A stretch of DNA of 60,651 nucleotides from a virus (Duplodnaviria; Caudoviricetes): positions 1 through 60,651 of the IMG/VR virus record IMGVR_UViG_3300037439_000042. The stretch is one strand, 5' to 3'. Every line of letters begins with the position of its first letter. Positions within the stretch are counted from its first letter, which is position 1. Of this stretch, positions 8,841 through 18,791 are shown piece by piece. The position numbers and the translations under genes were made by a program. The notes beneath the pieces were generated by a model that made no database searches, had not been told where the DNA came from, and saw nothing but the letters and a program-made list of their open reading frames with translations.

Positions 8841-9308
8841 ATGACACTCAGCACCGACGTTTACATTCAGGGTCCGGTCGACCTCGTGCAACTCAAGCGC
8901 GTCGTTTCCGAAGCGCTCGCTGCGTTCGACGAGCACAGCCGCACCCCCGAACAACAGCTCTGGGAAGGCGAGAACGACACGTTCCGCAATTCCTGGTCGA
9001 CCACGGTCGGTCAAGGTCTCCCGGCGTGGACGTTCATTCACTACGGGTCGGACGTCGAGTGGCGACAGGCCGACGACGTGGACGACGACGGGTACTTCAC
9101 GCCCAAGCACTTCGCGTCGATCGACTTCGACACGGCGTACAGCTACCAGGGTCCGGAAGGTCAGACTTGCTCGGCGCTGCACGTGCAGCTCATGACGCGG
9201 GTCGGCAAGTGGCTCGACGAGCAGGACGTGCCGTGGCAGTGGCGCGACGAGTTCACGGGCAAGCTCCACGGCGCGTACGACGGCTTCGACACCTTCGGGA
9301 AGTGGTGA
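8841..9308 (+). CDS. Hypothetical protein
   Basis: Leader ATGAAAGGACGA; acidic 155-aa ORF. Confidence 0.65.
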   Translation: MTLSTDVYIQGPVDLVQLKRVVSEALAAFDEHSRTPEQQLWEGENDTFRNSWSTTVGQGLPAWTFIHYGSDVEWRQADDVDDDGYFTPKHFASIDFDTAYSYQGPEGQTCSALHVQLMTRVGKWLDEQDVPWQWRDEFTGKLHGAYDGFDTFGKW

Positions 9309-9546
9309 CCGTGGGATTCTGGCGTCACCTCGCGATTGCCTGCGTATTCCTCGCAGGCGTGTTCGTGATCGCGGCCGTGCTCGGCCTCGCGCTCGGAGGT
9401 CAGTGATGATCACCTGCCCCGACTGCGAAACTGTGTTCTACCTGAAAGATGACGACGAGGAATGTCCGGCGTTCCTGGTTCTGTGCCCGGAATGTGGGCA
9501 CGAGTTCGATCCTGAACACGAAACACACGAGAGGACATAGGCGAAG

Positions 9547-9780
9547 ATGAGGCGAAGCAGCAAGCCGCAGCGCTCGGCGAAGAAGGCGCTCAAAGCCCGC
9601 GGCATCACGCCCGGCAAGGTCACGAAGAGCAACCGGTACGGGCAGGCGTCCGGCGGATGGTCGCCGTTCGGATCGTCCGCTCCGGTTCCGGCGCGGATGG
9701 AACCGGTCGACGACGTCGAGTACGACGCCTTCGACCGCGTCAAGCGCGGGTGGTTCACGAACAAGCCGAAGGGGAAGTGA
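9547..9780 (+). CDS. Small basic hypothetical protein
   Basis: GAGGA RBS; operon packing. Confidence 0.55.
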   Translation: MRRSSKPQRSAKKALKARGITPGKVTKSNRYGQASGGWSPFGSSAPVPARMEPVDDVEYDAFDRVKRGWFTNKPKGK

Positions 9781-10003
9781 GCATGATCGTCACGATCGAT
9801 CTCAACGAACCCTACGATTCTGACGACGCTCCCGTAACGATTCAGCTCGGCATCGTCAACCCGCAAGGCCGCGTCGGCGAGCCTGAACTGTTGATCAAGT
9901 GGGGCGACGCGCGATACAGCGTCGAAGAACTGCGTGAGCACCTGCACGAACTCGAAAAGATTCGAGACAAGCACCGCGAGATCATGACCGCTCTGGGGCG
10001 TAC

Positions 10004-10249
10004 ATGACCGCGCCGCCTCCGGCCTTCGAGTGGCTGTACCTGAAGAACGGCGCAGTCGTCCACGCGTTGAGCACCTTCACAGGAACGCGTTTCGTCGCCG
10101 AGTGCGGCGCAGGTGCGTGGGCGTTCTGGTACGGCACCGGATCGCAGGACGAGTACGACAAGGCGGCTGAACTGCCGAAGTGCCAGAACTGCGTAAGGGT
10201 GATCGGCCCGAAAGTGCTAGGCCGTCACGTTCCACAGGGTCGCCCGTGA
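10004..10249 (+). CDS. Hypothetical protein with His/Cys putative Zn ligands
   Basis: VVHAL...AECG...CQNC; ATGA overlap. Confidence 0.55.
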   Translation: MTAPPPAFEWLYLKNGAVVHALSTFTGTRFVAECGAGAWAFWYGTGSQDEYDKAAELPKCQNCVRVIGPKVLGRHVPQGRP

Positions 10250-10443
10250 TCGACCCTTCGGAATGGGATCTAGCGGCGGCCGGGATGTTCCTGATCCTCA
10301 TGCTGTATCTCGCCGGGCACTACGCGCTCGCGTCGATGCACCTCGCGTACGTCTGATCTCCGATGGAATTGCCCGTGTTTGACCTGCTAGGCCCCGATTG
10401 GCTAGCATGTTGAGCACGGGCACAACCACGGAAGGACCCCGTC

Positions 10444-10698
10444 ATGATCCACGCTTACAGCGTCCGCGTCAGCTTCGACCGGGCACTGAACCACGAAGAC
10501 GACGCAGCGGGTACGCCTGCCACGTCGGACGCCTTCACGCACGAAGTCGAAGCCGAGAACGCCGTATGCGCGCTGCGCGCGGCGATCGAAGGGGTACATC
10601 ACCAATACCACCGGATCGGCCGCCGATTCCTGTCGCTCGACGCGCTCAAGGCAGGCGTGACGCTCGCCGAAGTGAACCGGCTCGACGAGGCGGCATAG
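10444..10698 (+). CDS. Hypothetical protein
   Basis: GGAAGGA RBS; followed by a hairpin at 10708-10737. Confidence 0.55.
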   Translation: MIHAYSVRVSFDRALNHEDDAAGTPATSDAFTHEVEAENAVCALRAAIEGVHHQYHRIGRRFLSLDALKAGVTLAEVNRLDEAA

Positions 10699-10783
10699 AC
10701 GACACATGAGACCCCGGCGCGCAAGCGTCGGGGTCTCGTGCTATTATCGTCATAGTTGCTGGTCAACACGACGATAGGACGAA

Positions 10784-11233
10784 ATGATGAACCTTGAAGC
10801 CGCCGAGAACCTCGCGCTGACGCTCATGGAAGATCGCGGCATCGGCAATACCTGGTCGTTCGCCTTCGACCGCGCGAAACAGCGGTGCGGCTGCGCGAAG
10901 TTCAAGATCCGCACGATCACGCTCTCGCAGTACTTCGTGCAGCGCAACGGCGAAGCCGAAGTGCGCGACACGATCCTGCACGAGATCGCGCACGTGCTCG
11001 CCGGAGCGAAGGCCGGACACGGCGCAATCTGGCAGATGTGGGCGATGAAGATCGGCGCTCGGCCGGAGCGGTGCGCGGCGAACGTCGACATGCCCGAAGG
11101 CGGCATCGAAGGCGTGTGCGCGCCCGGCTGCACGGCGCGGCACAACCGGCACCGGATGCCCCCGAAGCACATGCTGCACGGTTGGCAGTGCAAGCGCTGC
11201 TATGAGCCCATCACATGGGTTCGGATCAAGTAA
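10784..11233 (+). CDS. SprT-like zinc metalloprotease
   Basis: DTILHEIAH (HExxH), GHGAIWQ, C-terminal CxxC. Confidence 0.85.
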   Translation: MMNLEAAENLALTLMEDRGIGNTWSFAFDRAKQRCGCAKFKIRTITLSQYFVQRNGEAEVRDTILHEIAHVLAGAKAGHGAIWQMWAMKIGARPERCAANVDMPEGGIEGVCAPGCTARHNRHRMPPKHMLHGWQCKRCYEPITWVRIK

Positions 11234-11803
11234 GGGGTACCCCCGGTCACACGGCCGGGGGTATTTATGTTAGAGTTGCAGTACACAGACGAAAGGACGA
11301 GATGATGAAGACTTCCCACCCCATCACGGACGCACGCGGCAAGGTCGTGCACCTCTCGGCGCTCGGGTTCAAGCCCTTGTGCAGGCCGGGAACGAAGATC
11401 GTGTTCCATGCGACGCTGATCGGCGACGCCGGAACGAAGCTGTGCGCTGTGTGCGCCGAGCGGGACTTGCAGGCGCGATACGAGAACGGGGAACGATGAA
11501 AGGGAAGCGAGTCTTCCGGGCTCGGATTCGTCCGGGCTCGGAAGCGTTCAACCTCATCTGCGATCAGTGCGGAACAGTCGAAGAACTGCCTGAAGGCGAT
11601 TTCCCGCACGACGCTGCCATGATCCACGCGCAATGGTTCCACCGGGGCCCGATCAGGGTTCCGCAAGGCTGGCAGAAGGCGAAAGGATAGGACTATGGGG
11701 TGGCTCGAATTCATCGCCGCTGTCGTCGCTATCTGCGCGTGGCCTGCGGCGATCCTGTTCATCGTACTCATACTGCGTCCGAAGAAAAAGAAGGAGAACC
11801 ACC

Positions 11804-12250
11804 ATGGATGAACGCGCACTCTTCGCCTTCACGGTCGACGCCGTGCTGATCCACGGCGACCACGTCGCCATGATCCGGCGCGGCAAGGAGCCGTTCAAGG
11901 GCTCGCTCGCCTTCATCGGCGGGCACGTCGAGCTGGACGAGACCGCGCTCTACGCCGCGCAGCGCGAACTGCACGAAGAGGTCGGCGTGCTGCTCGGGCC
12001 CGACTGCTTCACGGAGGTGCCGGGCATCTGGGATGCGGTCAACCGCAACCCGCTGCGCCGGACGATCGGTGTCGCCTACCTCGTGCGGGTGCCGATGGGG
12101 TGCCCGCGACCGGCGCTCGTCGCCGGGGACGACGCGACGGCAGCCGAATGGGTGCGCATCATCGATGTGCTAGTCGGCCGGATCGCGGTCGCCTTCGACC
12201 ACCGGCAGATGCTCAACGCCGTGGTGCGGTTCACGGACGGGGAACGATAA
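11804..12250 (+). CDS. NUDIX hydrolase (ADP-ribose pyrophosphatase-like)
   Basis: Nudix box GGHVELDETALYAAQRELHEEVG; AGDDA and AFDH motifs; AAGGAG RBS. Confidence 0.9.
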   Translation: MDERALFAFTVDAVLIHGDHVAMIRRGKEPFKGSLAFIGGHVELDETALYAAQRELHEEVGVLLGPDCFTEVPGIWDAVNRNPLRRTIGVAYLVRVPMGCPRPALVAGDDATAAEWVRIIDVLVGRIAVAFDHRQMLNAVVRFTDGER

Positions 12251-12834
12251 TGCCGAAGAAGCCGACCTTCCCGACGCTGCAAGTGCTCTTCGAGCCGTGG
12301 CCTGCGTCCGCAGGGGCGGACCGCGAGGGGTACGAAGTGATCGCCGGGCAGTACCTGCTCGACGCGCTCAACGAGTCCGGCGAGTTCAAAGTGCGCGGGT
12401 TCCGCGCCGTCGTCGCCGGGTGCACAACGTGCAGGCGTTCGCCGCTCGACGACAAGGTGCACTATCCGAACCTGAACGACCTCGCGCCGGACAAGCCGAA
12501 GCGTCGGTGCCCGCAGTGGAAGCGGGTGGAAGCGATCGTGAAGGCGTTCGGCGGGTGGAAGCGGGTGCACTACGTCGAGCTTGCCGAGCATGAAGGGCTC
12601 GGATACCAGCCGGTACCGCAGCGCCGTCGCGTGATCGAGCCGTGCCCGGTGTGCGAGGGGACCGGGCTCGGGAAGCTCGACCTCAGCTTGCCGAACAACC
12701 GGCTGTACGGACCCTGCGAAGCCGGTTGCGGCTCGTACGGGTACGGCACGCGGGGCGAAGTGCAGATCACGTACGAGGGTCCGGTGCGACCGGATCGCCA
12801 CGCCATGACCGACGCGCAGCGTCGCGTACGCTAA
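12250..12834 (+). CDS. Hypothetical Cys-rich protein
   Basis: CTTC, CPVCEGTG and CEAGC; TAATG overlap. Confidence 0.6.
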   Translation: MPKKPTFPTLQVLFEPWPASAGADREGYEVIAGQYLLDALNESGEFKVRGFRAVVAGCTTCRRSPLDDKVHYPNLNDLAPDKPKRRCPQWKRVEAIVKAFGGWKRVHYVELAEHEGLGYQPVPQRRRVIEPCPVCEGTGLGKLDLSLPNNRLYGPCEAGCGSYGYGTRGEVQITYEGPVRPDRHAMTDAQRRVR

Positions 12835-13087
12835 GCTGGCTAGCGGATGGATAGTCACGCCAGACGGGACCCCGGCCTACACGAGGGCCGGGGTTCTTCC
12901 CGGGTGTGACTGGTAAGCGCTTGCCGGTTGGGCTGTAATTTCCAGCGCGGGGCGCGGGTACATGCCCGGGCCGCCGGACCCCATCGATTCCAAAACCCCC
13001 GAAGGGGTCCCCCTACCCCACACCCCACGCGCAGGGGCGAAAACGGACTATGATAGAATTCAAGGGACACAGACGAAAGGATCACGG

Positions 13088-13255
13088 ATGAAGATCAGCA
13101 AGGCCGATGCACAGCGAGCTAAGGACAGTGCTCGCCGTGAGAAGCAAGCCCTGCTCGGGCAGGCAAAGAAGACTCTCAGCACAAAGGACAAGGCTCGCAA
13201 TGCGAGCCTGAACGCCGTGATCAAAGCGGCCGACGACGTGATCGAAGGGAACTAA
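13088..13255 (+). CDS. Small Lys-rich protein
   Basis: Leader GACGAAAGGA; upstream -10 TAGAAT. Confidence 0.6.
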   Translation: MKISKADAQRAKDSARREKQALLGQAKKTLSTKDKARNASLNAVIKAADDVIEGN

Positions 13256-13259
13256 CCAC

Positions 13260-13457
13260 ATGGCAGAGCAGCCTGATCCTGTGTTTGAGCAGGTCATGCG
13301 CGCTATCCGTACGGGTAAGAACCCGGACCACAAGCGCCTAGAGAAGCTGTCCGCTGACAAGCGGAAGGCTGTAGAGAAGGCGCTTAAGAAGCGCAAGGGC
13401 AAGCACACGCAAGGCTTCCGTGACGACGTGATCGACACGGGCATGTTCGACAGCTAG
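13260..13457 (+). CDS. Small Lys-rich protein
   Basis: ORF followed by a hairpin terminator at 13467-13491. Confidence 0.6.
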   Translation: MAEQPDPVFEQVMRAIRTGKNPDHKRLEKLSADKRKAVEKALKKRKGKHTQGFRDDVIDTGMFDS

Positions 13458-13734
13458 CCACACCAGGACCCCCGGCTACGGTCGGGGGTTTCTGTGTGCC
13501 GGGAACGGGATTACTTGCGGGAACCACACTTCTCGAAAGCTATCCCGATTCCCGCCGAACTTGAGTCGACCCGACTCAACCCCGTTATACGTGCCTGCCA
13601 GCGCCCGACCCCACGCGCAGAGTGGTCACATTTTGGTAACGGATATACGCGCGTCTGTACGCGCTGGCGGCCGTTCGGGGGTACTCGGGTATAGGAATCG
13701 GGGTGTACGGCCGTCAGCGTGGACGCTAGGACCC

Positions 13735-14265
13735 TTAACGGCCGATCTCAGGCCGGACGCTCACAACGCCCGTTGCGGCATCCTGCCGTGCCGCGAGCAC
13801 GGGACCCATCTCCGACAGCGCCTCGCGCAGGGCTTCGCTCGCGTCGGCGCGCTGCTGTGGCGTGAGATTCGCGGCGTCGAGAGCCTTCGTGAGCGCCTCC
13901 GCGATCATCCGCGCCTCAGCTCGCAGGGAATCGATATATCGCTCAGAGAGTCCGGCACGCACCGCGTCGGCCGCGACCTTCGTCAGATGGGCGCGCTCTT
14001 TGCGACTCTGCTCGATCCACTCGCGCAGCTCGCTCGACCGGATGCGCACGGCGTACTCGAACTTCACGAGATCTTCGAAGTCCGCGCCGTTCGTCTCCAT
14101 GAGCTGACGTTCCCGCTTCACGTCGAGATTGACCCGCTCGTCGATCCACGCCGCGCGGTACGCGCTGCGCCGGACTTCGCCGAGCATCGCATCCCACGGA
14201 TTGACGTTCAGCTCGCCCGCCCACGGCTTCACGGGCTCGTCGTAGATGTCGCTGTCGTCGCTCAT
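13735..14265 (-). CDS. Helical protein, possibly terminase small subunit-like
   Basis: NPWDAMLGEVRRSAYRAAWI...ERAHLTKVAADAVRAGLSER resembles the C-terminal part of actinophage TerS-like proteins (recollection); GAGAGG RBS. Confidence 0.45.
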   Translation of the reverse strand: MSDDSDIYDEPVKPWAGELNVNPWDAMLGEVRRSAYRAAWIDERVNLDVKRERQLMETNGADFEDLVKFEYAVRIRSSELREWIEQSRKERAHLTKVAADAVRAGLSERYIDSLRAEARMIAEALTKALDAANLTPQQRADASEALREALSEMGPVLAARQDAATGVVSVRPEIGR

Positions 14266-14311
14266 GTCGTCACCTCTCGAATGTCACTTTGTGTAACCGG
14301 CTTTCCGGCCG

Positions 14312-14593
14312 CTGTGCAGGGTGTGCAGGGGTCGGTTGCATTTTCACTCCCGTATTCTATATAGGCGTACATATGTTCTAATTATCTCTTCCTATAGAGA
14401 GTTAGAGAGTTACCCCTGCAACCCCTGCACACCGCAGGTCAGAGGGCCGTTTATCCCTGCACGCATCCCTGCACACGATCCCTGCACACACCCCTGCACA
14501 GTAACGCTCAGATAACATAGCGAGTGACTAGGACTTCACGCTAGGCGACGCTGTGCAGGGATGCTGTGCAGGGATCGGGGTCGACCCCTGCAC
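14312..14593. repeat. Iteron-like CCCTGCAC repeats flanking an AT-rich tract; putative replication origin
   Basis: About 11 copies of CCCTGCA(C)/GTGCAGGG in both orientations; AT-rich 14341-14412; directly downstream of the helicase gene. Confidence 0.75.
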
Positions 14594-14610
14594 AGCGATT
14601 TTCGTGACGC

Positions 14611-16218
14611 TCAGTAGTCGATGCCCGAGAGCCGAGCGCCCCGAAGCATCTGCACTTGACGGCCGTCGACCCGGTGGCGGCCGACTTCGAGCTGCCCCGG
14701 GTACGCCGCTTGCAGATCGCGGAAGAACACGCTCTTACCCTTCGGCATGAAGCCTTCGCTCGTGCACCACATGACGTACAGCTCGTACACGGCGTCTTTC
14801 GGCGTCATGGCGTCCGAGTCGGCGCTGATCACGAGGCAGTCGGCCGTGAACGCCTTGATCGGGCTCGTCTGCCGCTCGACTTCGACCATCGTCGCCTGCA
14901 CGCTCTCGCCGATCGTGAACCGGCCTTCCCGGTCCCATAGCCGGTCCGCGCCGTCGAGCGCCCACGTGAAGATGCCGGGCAGCTCGTCGGCGAGCGTCCG
15001 CTTCAGGGTGAAGTCCTCACGGCCTAGGAACCCTTCGACGCGGATGCGCAGCGGCAGGAACCGCGACGCGAGCGCGCCCGTCGAGTCGCGCAGGTCCGGC
15101 ATGTCGTTCGAGACGATCATGATCCGCGCGTCGAGCTTCACGTTCAGCTCGTCGCGGTTCTTCCGGTTCACCGTGACGGGGTCCTCACCCGAGATCATGA
15201 GCAGCTTCTCGACGATCGCGGCGTCGGACTTCCCGATACGCGCATCCCCGACCACGGCGAGCCGCTTTCCGAGCATGGGCGCGAGCCCGAACGGCTCGGC
15301 GAGCCGCGCCATCGTCGGGTGATCAACCTCCGACTTACCGCCGAGCAACTCGGACAGCGCCCACGCGATAGTGCTCTTACCCGACCGCTTCGGCCCGACG
15401 AGCGTCAAGATCTTGTGCAGCGCCGTCGAGCCCGTGAGCACGTAGCCGAACCACTCTTGCAGCAGCGCGTGCGAGTCCTCGTCGCCCGGCCACAGCTCGT
15501 CGAGAAACTTCATCCACCGGTCGCACCGCGCGTCCGAGTCGTAGTCGACGACGACGGCCGTGTCAGTGAAGAACTCGGGCGTGTGGGCGACCAGCGTCCG
15601 CGCCGTCGCGCCGCCTTCGCGCGGGCACCATAGCAAGCCGTTTCGCACACACGTGATCTCTTCGCCGGGCATCGTGTCGGCCGCTTCCCCGCGTCGCAGC
15701 CACACGGCCGCTTCGAAAGACTCGGGAAGCCGCATCTGCGACGCCATCGCTTCCACGACCTCGCGCACGCTCGACGTGTTCGGGTTCCACGCGCGCGGCT
15801 CCGGCCCGTCTTTCGTGGACACCATGTACGTAGCGTCGATGAGCAGCGCGCGCACGGCGTCGGCGACGGCATAGCGGTTGTCCGCCCCGCCGAGCCTGCG
15901 GTGCGCGCCCGACGTGCCCTCGCGGTACAGATACCACTCGTCGCGCCAGTGCCGGAGGTGAATCCCGGCGTCCGCGAACAGGAACAGCAGGAACCGCGCG
16001 ACCTTGTCGGGTTCCTTCGGGCCGGGCACCGGAGCGTCGAGCACGATGCTCGCGGGCAGGAACCGGTGCCGCTGGTCGAGATCGACCACGGCCGACGATT
16101 CCGACGCGCTCTCGGCCTCCGGCGTCTGCGTGAAGCCGCCGACGATCGAAGCCGCGAAGTCGTCGACTTCGGGCGTGGTAAGTTCGGTCTTGGGTTCATT
16201 TGTCTGGTCGTCGATCAT
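14611..16218 (-). CDS. D5/P4-family SF3 helicase (primase-associated)
   Basis: CVRNGLL, HTPEFF, LQEWFGYVL, Walker A GPKRSGKST, ISGEDPVTVNRK, MIVSNDMP. Confidence 0.9.
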   Translation of the reverse strand: MIDDQTNEPKTELTTPEVDDFAASIVGGFTQTPEAESASESSAVVDLDQRHRFLPASIVLDAPVPGPKEPDKVARFLLFLFADAGIHLRHWRDEWYLYREGTSGAHRRLGGADNRYAVADAVRALLIDATYMVSTKDGPEPRAWNPNTSSVREVVEAMASQMRLPESFEAAVWLRRGEAADTMPGEEITCVRNGLLWCPREGGATARTLVAHTPEFFTDTAVVVDYDSDARCDRWMKFLDELWPGDEDSHALLQEWFGYVLTGSTALHKILTLVGPKRSGKSTIAWALSELLGGKSEVDHPTMARLAEPFGLAPMLGKRLAVVGDARIGKSDAAIVEKLLMISGEDPVTVNRKNRDELNVKLDARIMIVSNDMPDLRDSTGALASRFLPLRIRVEGFLGREDFTLKRTLADELPGIFTWALDGADRLWDREGRFTIGESVQATMVEVERQTSPIKAFTADCLVISADSDAMTPKDAVYELYVMWCTSEGFMPKGKSVFFRDLQAAYPGQLEVGRHRVDGRQVQMLRGARLSGIDY

Positions 16219-16233
16219 CGTTGTCGTCCCTTT

Positions 16234-17160
16234 CTACGTTTCCGGGGTCGGGTGGTCGGCGACCGTTTCCGTCGCCTTCGCCCGTCCCGCTTCCCAACCG
16301 GACGTGAAGGTTCGCACCTGCGCGTCGAGCGCGTCGTTCGCACCTGCGTCTGCAAGTGCTGCGAGGCACTGCTTCAGTGCGTTTTCCCTGCTAGGTTCCC
16401 CGAACGAGACCGACAGCATACCGAGCCGATAGGCCGTCTTGTTGAGATTGTCGTTCCGGGTTCCGGCGGGGGATCGTCCTAGCCTACGCACCGATTCGGC
16501 CGCTTGGAACCTTCCCCACTGCTGCCCCTGCGCGCTCATGCGGTACCGCACGTCGGCGTTCGTGAGCGGGTCCGCGCTCGCGGTCCGGCGCTTCTTGCAG
16601 AGCGGGATCAGCCACTCGGGCGCGCTCGTGAGCGTTGTGATCTTCACGCCGTCGCGCGCGATCAATCGGTACGCGCCGACCTCCGGCGCGCGCACGTAGC
16701 CACGGATGCCGCGCACGTCGAGTCCGGGCGCGAGCTGCTTCGCCGAGTTGCGGATGCCGCCTTCATCGGCGCTCGCCTCGTCCCATCGGAAATAAATGTG
16801 TGCGCCGCCGCTCGGCGTGCGAACGGTCATGGTGCGCGTGAAGACGTCGACCGTCGCATCGTTGGCGTGCGTAAGCTCGCGCAGCGAGGAAAAGCCGTCT
16901 GCGTCCTTCACGTCGATGTCCAGGACCCACACGCCCGATTCGGGGCCGGTGGCGATCCCGACGCCGTTGCGCGAGTACTCGCCGGTCCACCACTCGCGAA
17001 TCTGCTCGGGATCGGTGGTCGCGCGCTCCGGCCACTGCGTGAACACGGGCGTTCCGGTGTCGGTCCGCAGCGGGAAGACTCGGAACCCGAGCCGCGAGCA
17101 GGCGTACGCCGCCGCGCCGGGGGTTGCCGGTGCTGCTTGGGAGAATGTCACACTAGCCAC
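16234..17160 (-). CDS. Bifunctional DNA primase/polymerase (Prim-Pol)
   Basis: GFRVFPL, NGVGIATG, VLDIDVK, RTPSGGAHIYF, GLDVRG, GTRNDNLN. Confidence 0.9.
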   Translation of the reverse strand: MASVTFSQAAPATPGAAAYACSRLGFRVFPLRTDTGTPVFTQWPERATTDPEQIREWWTGEYSRNGVGIATGPESGVWVLDIDVKDADGFSSLRELTHANDATVDVFTRTMTVRTPSGGAHIYFRWDEASADEGGIRNSAKQLAPGLDVRGIRGYVRAPEVGAYRLIARDGVKITTLTSAPEWLIPLCKKRRTASADPLTNADVRYRMSAQGQQWGRFQAAESVRRLGRSPAGTRNDNLNKTAYRLGMLSVSFGEPSRENALKQCLAALADAGANDALDAQVRTFTSGWEAGRAKATETVADHPTPET

Positions 17161-17278
17161 ATCTGTTCCTTTCGTCTTGTCGTCTTACACCACTATACGC
17201 GCTCGTGTTAGGCTTCGCTCGTACCGGTCCGGCAACCGGACTGATGTTGACGACGACAAGACGATGAAAGGACGACGC

Positions 17279-17896
17279 ATGTCGACTACTGCAACCGCAC
17301 CGATTGACATCCGAACCGAAGCGTTCGCCGACTTCATGGCGGACTATCCCTATGCTGCCGACGTCGGGAGCATCGCCGAGCTGCCCTTGCAGATGTTCAC
17401 GGCCGACGATTCCGGCGACGTGTTCTATGCTCGCGTGCTCGGCTTCGGGTCCTCGTACCGCAAGACGCACCTGAACCACGCGCCCGGCACGCGCCCGGGT
17501 AAGGGTGTGCGCTGCTCCGGCTGCCGTTGGACCGACACGGCGATTCTGTGGGCGCAGCCGCTCGAAGACGAAGGCGAAGGCCGCTTCAAGCCGGTCGCGC
17601 GCTGGCAATACGTCTTCGTGTCGCTCGGGAAGTCGGCGATCGAAGGCGAGTGGCAGCGCGACACGGTCATTTGGACCGAAGACGCCGAAGACGTGCTTCG
17701 GAAGCTCTTCGTGCCCACGAAGAAGGACTTCCGGCGCGACACGGGCGACGTCGCGATTCCTCCGCACAACGCCGTCGCCTTCCGCGACGCCGCGTGCGTT
17801 GACGAGCGGATCGCCGATCTGCTCGAACGGTACGGGGCCGTGATCCCCGAAGTCGATCGAACCGGCCCCGATGCCGACCCGCTTGCGGGTCTATAA
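17279..17896 (+). CDS. Hypothetical protein
   Basis: Conserved leader; CSGCRW motif. Confidence 0.7.
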   Translation: MSTTATAPIDIRTEAFADFMADYPYAADVGSIAELPLQMFTADDSGDVFYARVLGFGSSYRKTHLNHAPGTRPGKGVRCSGCRWTDTAILWAQPLEDEGEGRFKPVARWQYVFVSLGKSAIEGEWQRDTVIWTEDAEDVLRKLFVPTKKDFRRDTGDVAIPPHNAVAFRDAACVDERIADLLERYGAVIPEVDRTGPDADPLAGL

Positions 17897-17984
17897 CGCA
17901 TATGCTAGGTTCAACGGACTCGGGTCGACCTGCTACGGGGTGAGGTCGGCCCGACACATGACGACACTGACGAAAGGATGCGAC

Positions 17985-18344
17985 ATGGAAACACCCGACA
18001 CTCATCACACCCGCACCGGGAGCGACTTCGAGTATCTCGGCGACTTGCTCGGCTCGACGTCGGGCATCCTCCCGAAGCTGCCGCTGCACGAGTACGGACC
18101 GCTGAACATTCAGTATTCCGTGATCGCCGGGACCCCGGCAGAGAAGGCCGAGCGGTTCGCCGAGATCGCGGCCGACCTGCGCGCCATCGCCGAAGATCAG
18201 TCGCTCAAGTACGCCGAAGAGATCACGCAGCTCACGAGCGAGGACAAGCATCACAAGGCCGTGCTGATCATGCCGCAGGGCAAGGTGATGTACTCGGCCG
18301 TGTGGATCGAGCGCGCCGAGCAGCAGGTGACCCCCGATGAGTGA
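17985..18344 (+). CDS. Hypothetical protein
   Basis: Leader GACGAAAGGATG. Confidence 0.6.
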   Translation: METPDTHHTRTGSDFEYLGDLLGSTSGILPKLPLHEYGPLNIQYSVIAGTPAEKAERFAEIAADLRAIAEDQSLKYAEEITQLTSEDKHHKAVLIMPQGKVMYSAVWIERAEQQVTPDE

Positions 18345-18627
18345 CGAAGTGAAAGACTTTCGTTACTACGCCGCAAAGGCCGAGCACGAGATTCGGATCT
18401 CACTCGGCCGCGACGACAACGATCAGCCGCTCGTGATCTCGGACGGCGCGAAGACGCGCCACGCCATGCGAGCGCAGGTATACGCCACACTCGCCACCGG
18501 AGCCGCGTCGCAAGGCGAACGCTGTTGGGCGGTGCAACTCGACCCCGACCCGTACATTCGCACACTCCGCTGCGAGCGTCCCGCCGGACATGAGGGCTCG
18601 CACATCGACACCGGCACGGCATTCTAA
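18337..18627 (+). CDS. Hypothetical protein
   Basis: Overlapping start; C-terminal C...CERPAGHEGSH. Confidence 0.6.
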   Translation: MSDEVKDFRYYAAKAEHEIRISLGRDDNDQPLVISDGAKTRHAMRAQVYATLATGAASQGERCWAVQLDPDPYIRTLRCERPAGHEGSHIDTGTAF

Positions 18628-18791
18628 CCAAGGGAAGAAGGACATATGACGAATCTCGACGAAGGCACGAAGGCGAAGCTGAACGGCTGCGGGTGGGCAG
18701 CGCTCGTAACGGTCGGACTGATCGTGCTCGGGCTCGCGGCGGCCGTGATCTTCGTGCTGTTCAACATCGGCGCGTGGATCGGCGGGCAGTG

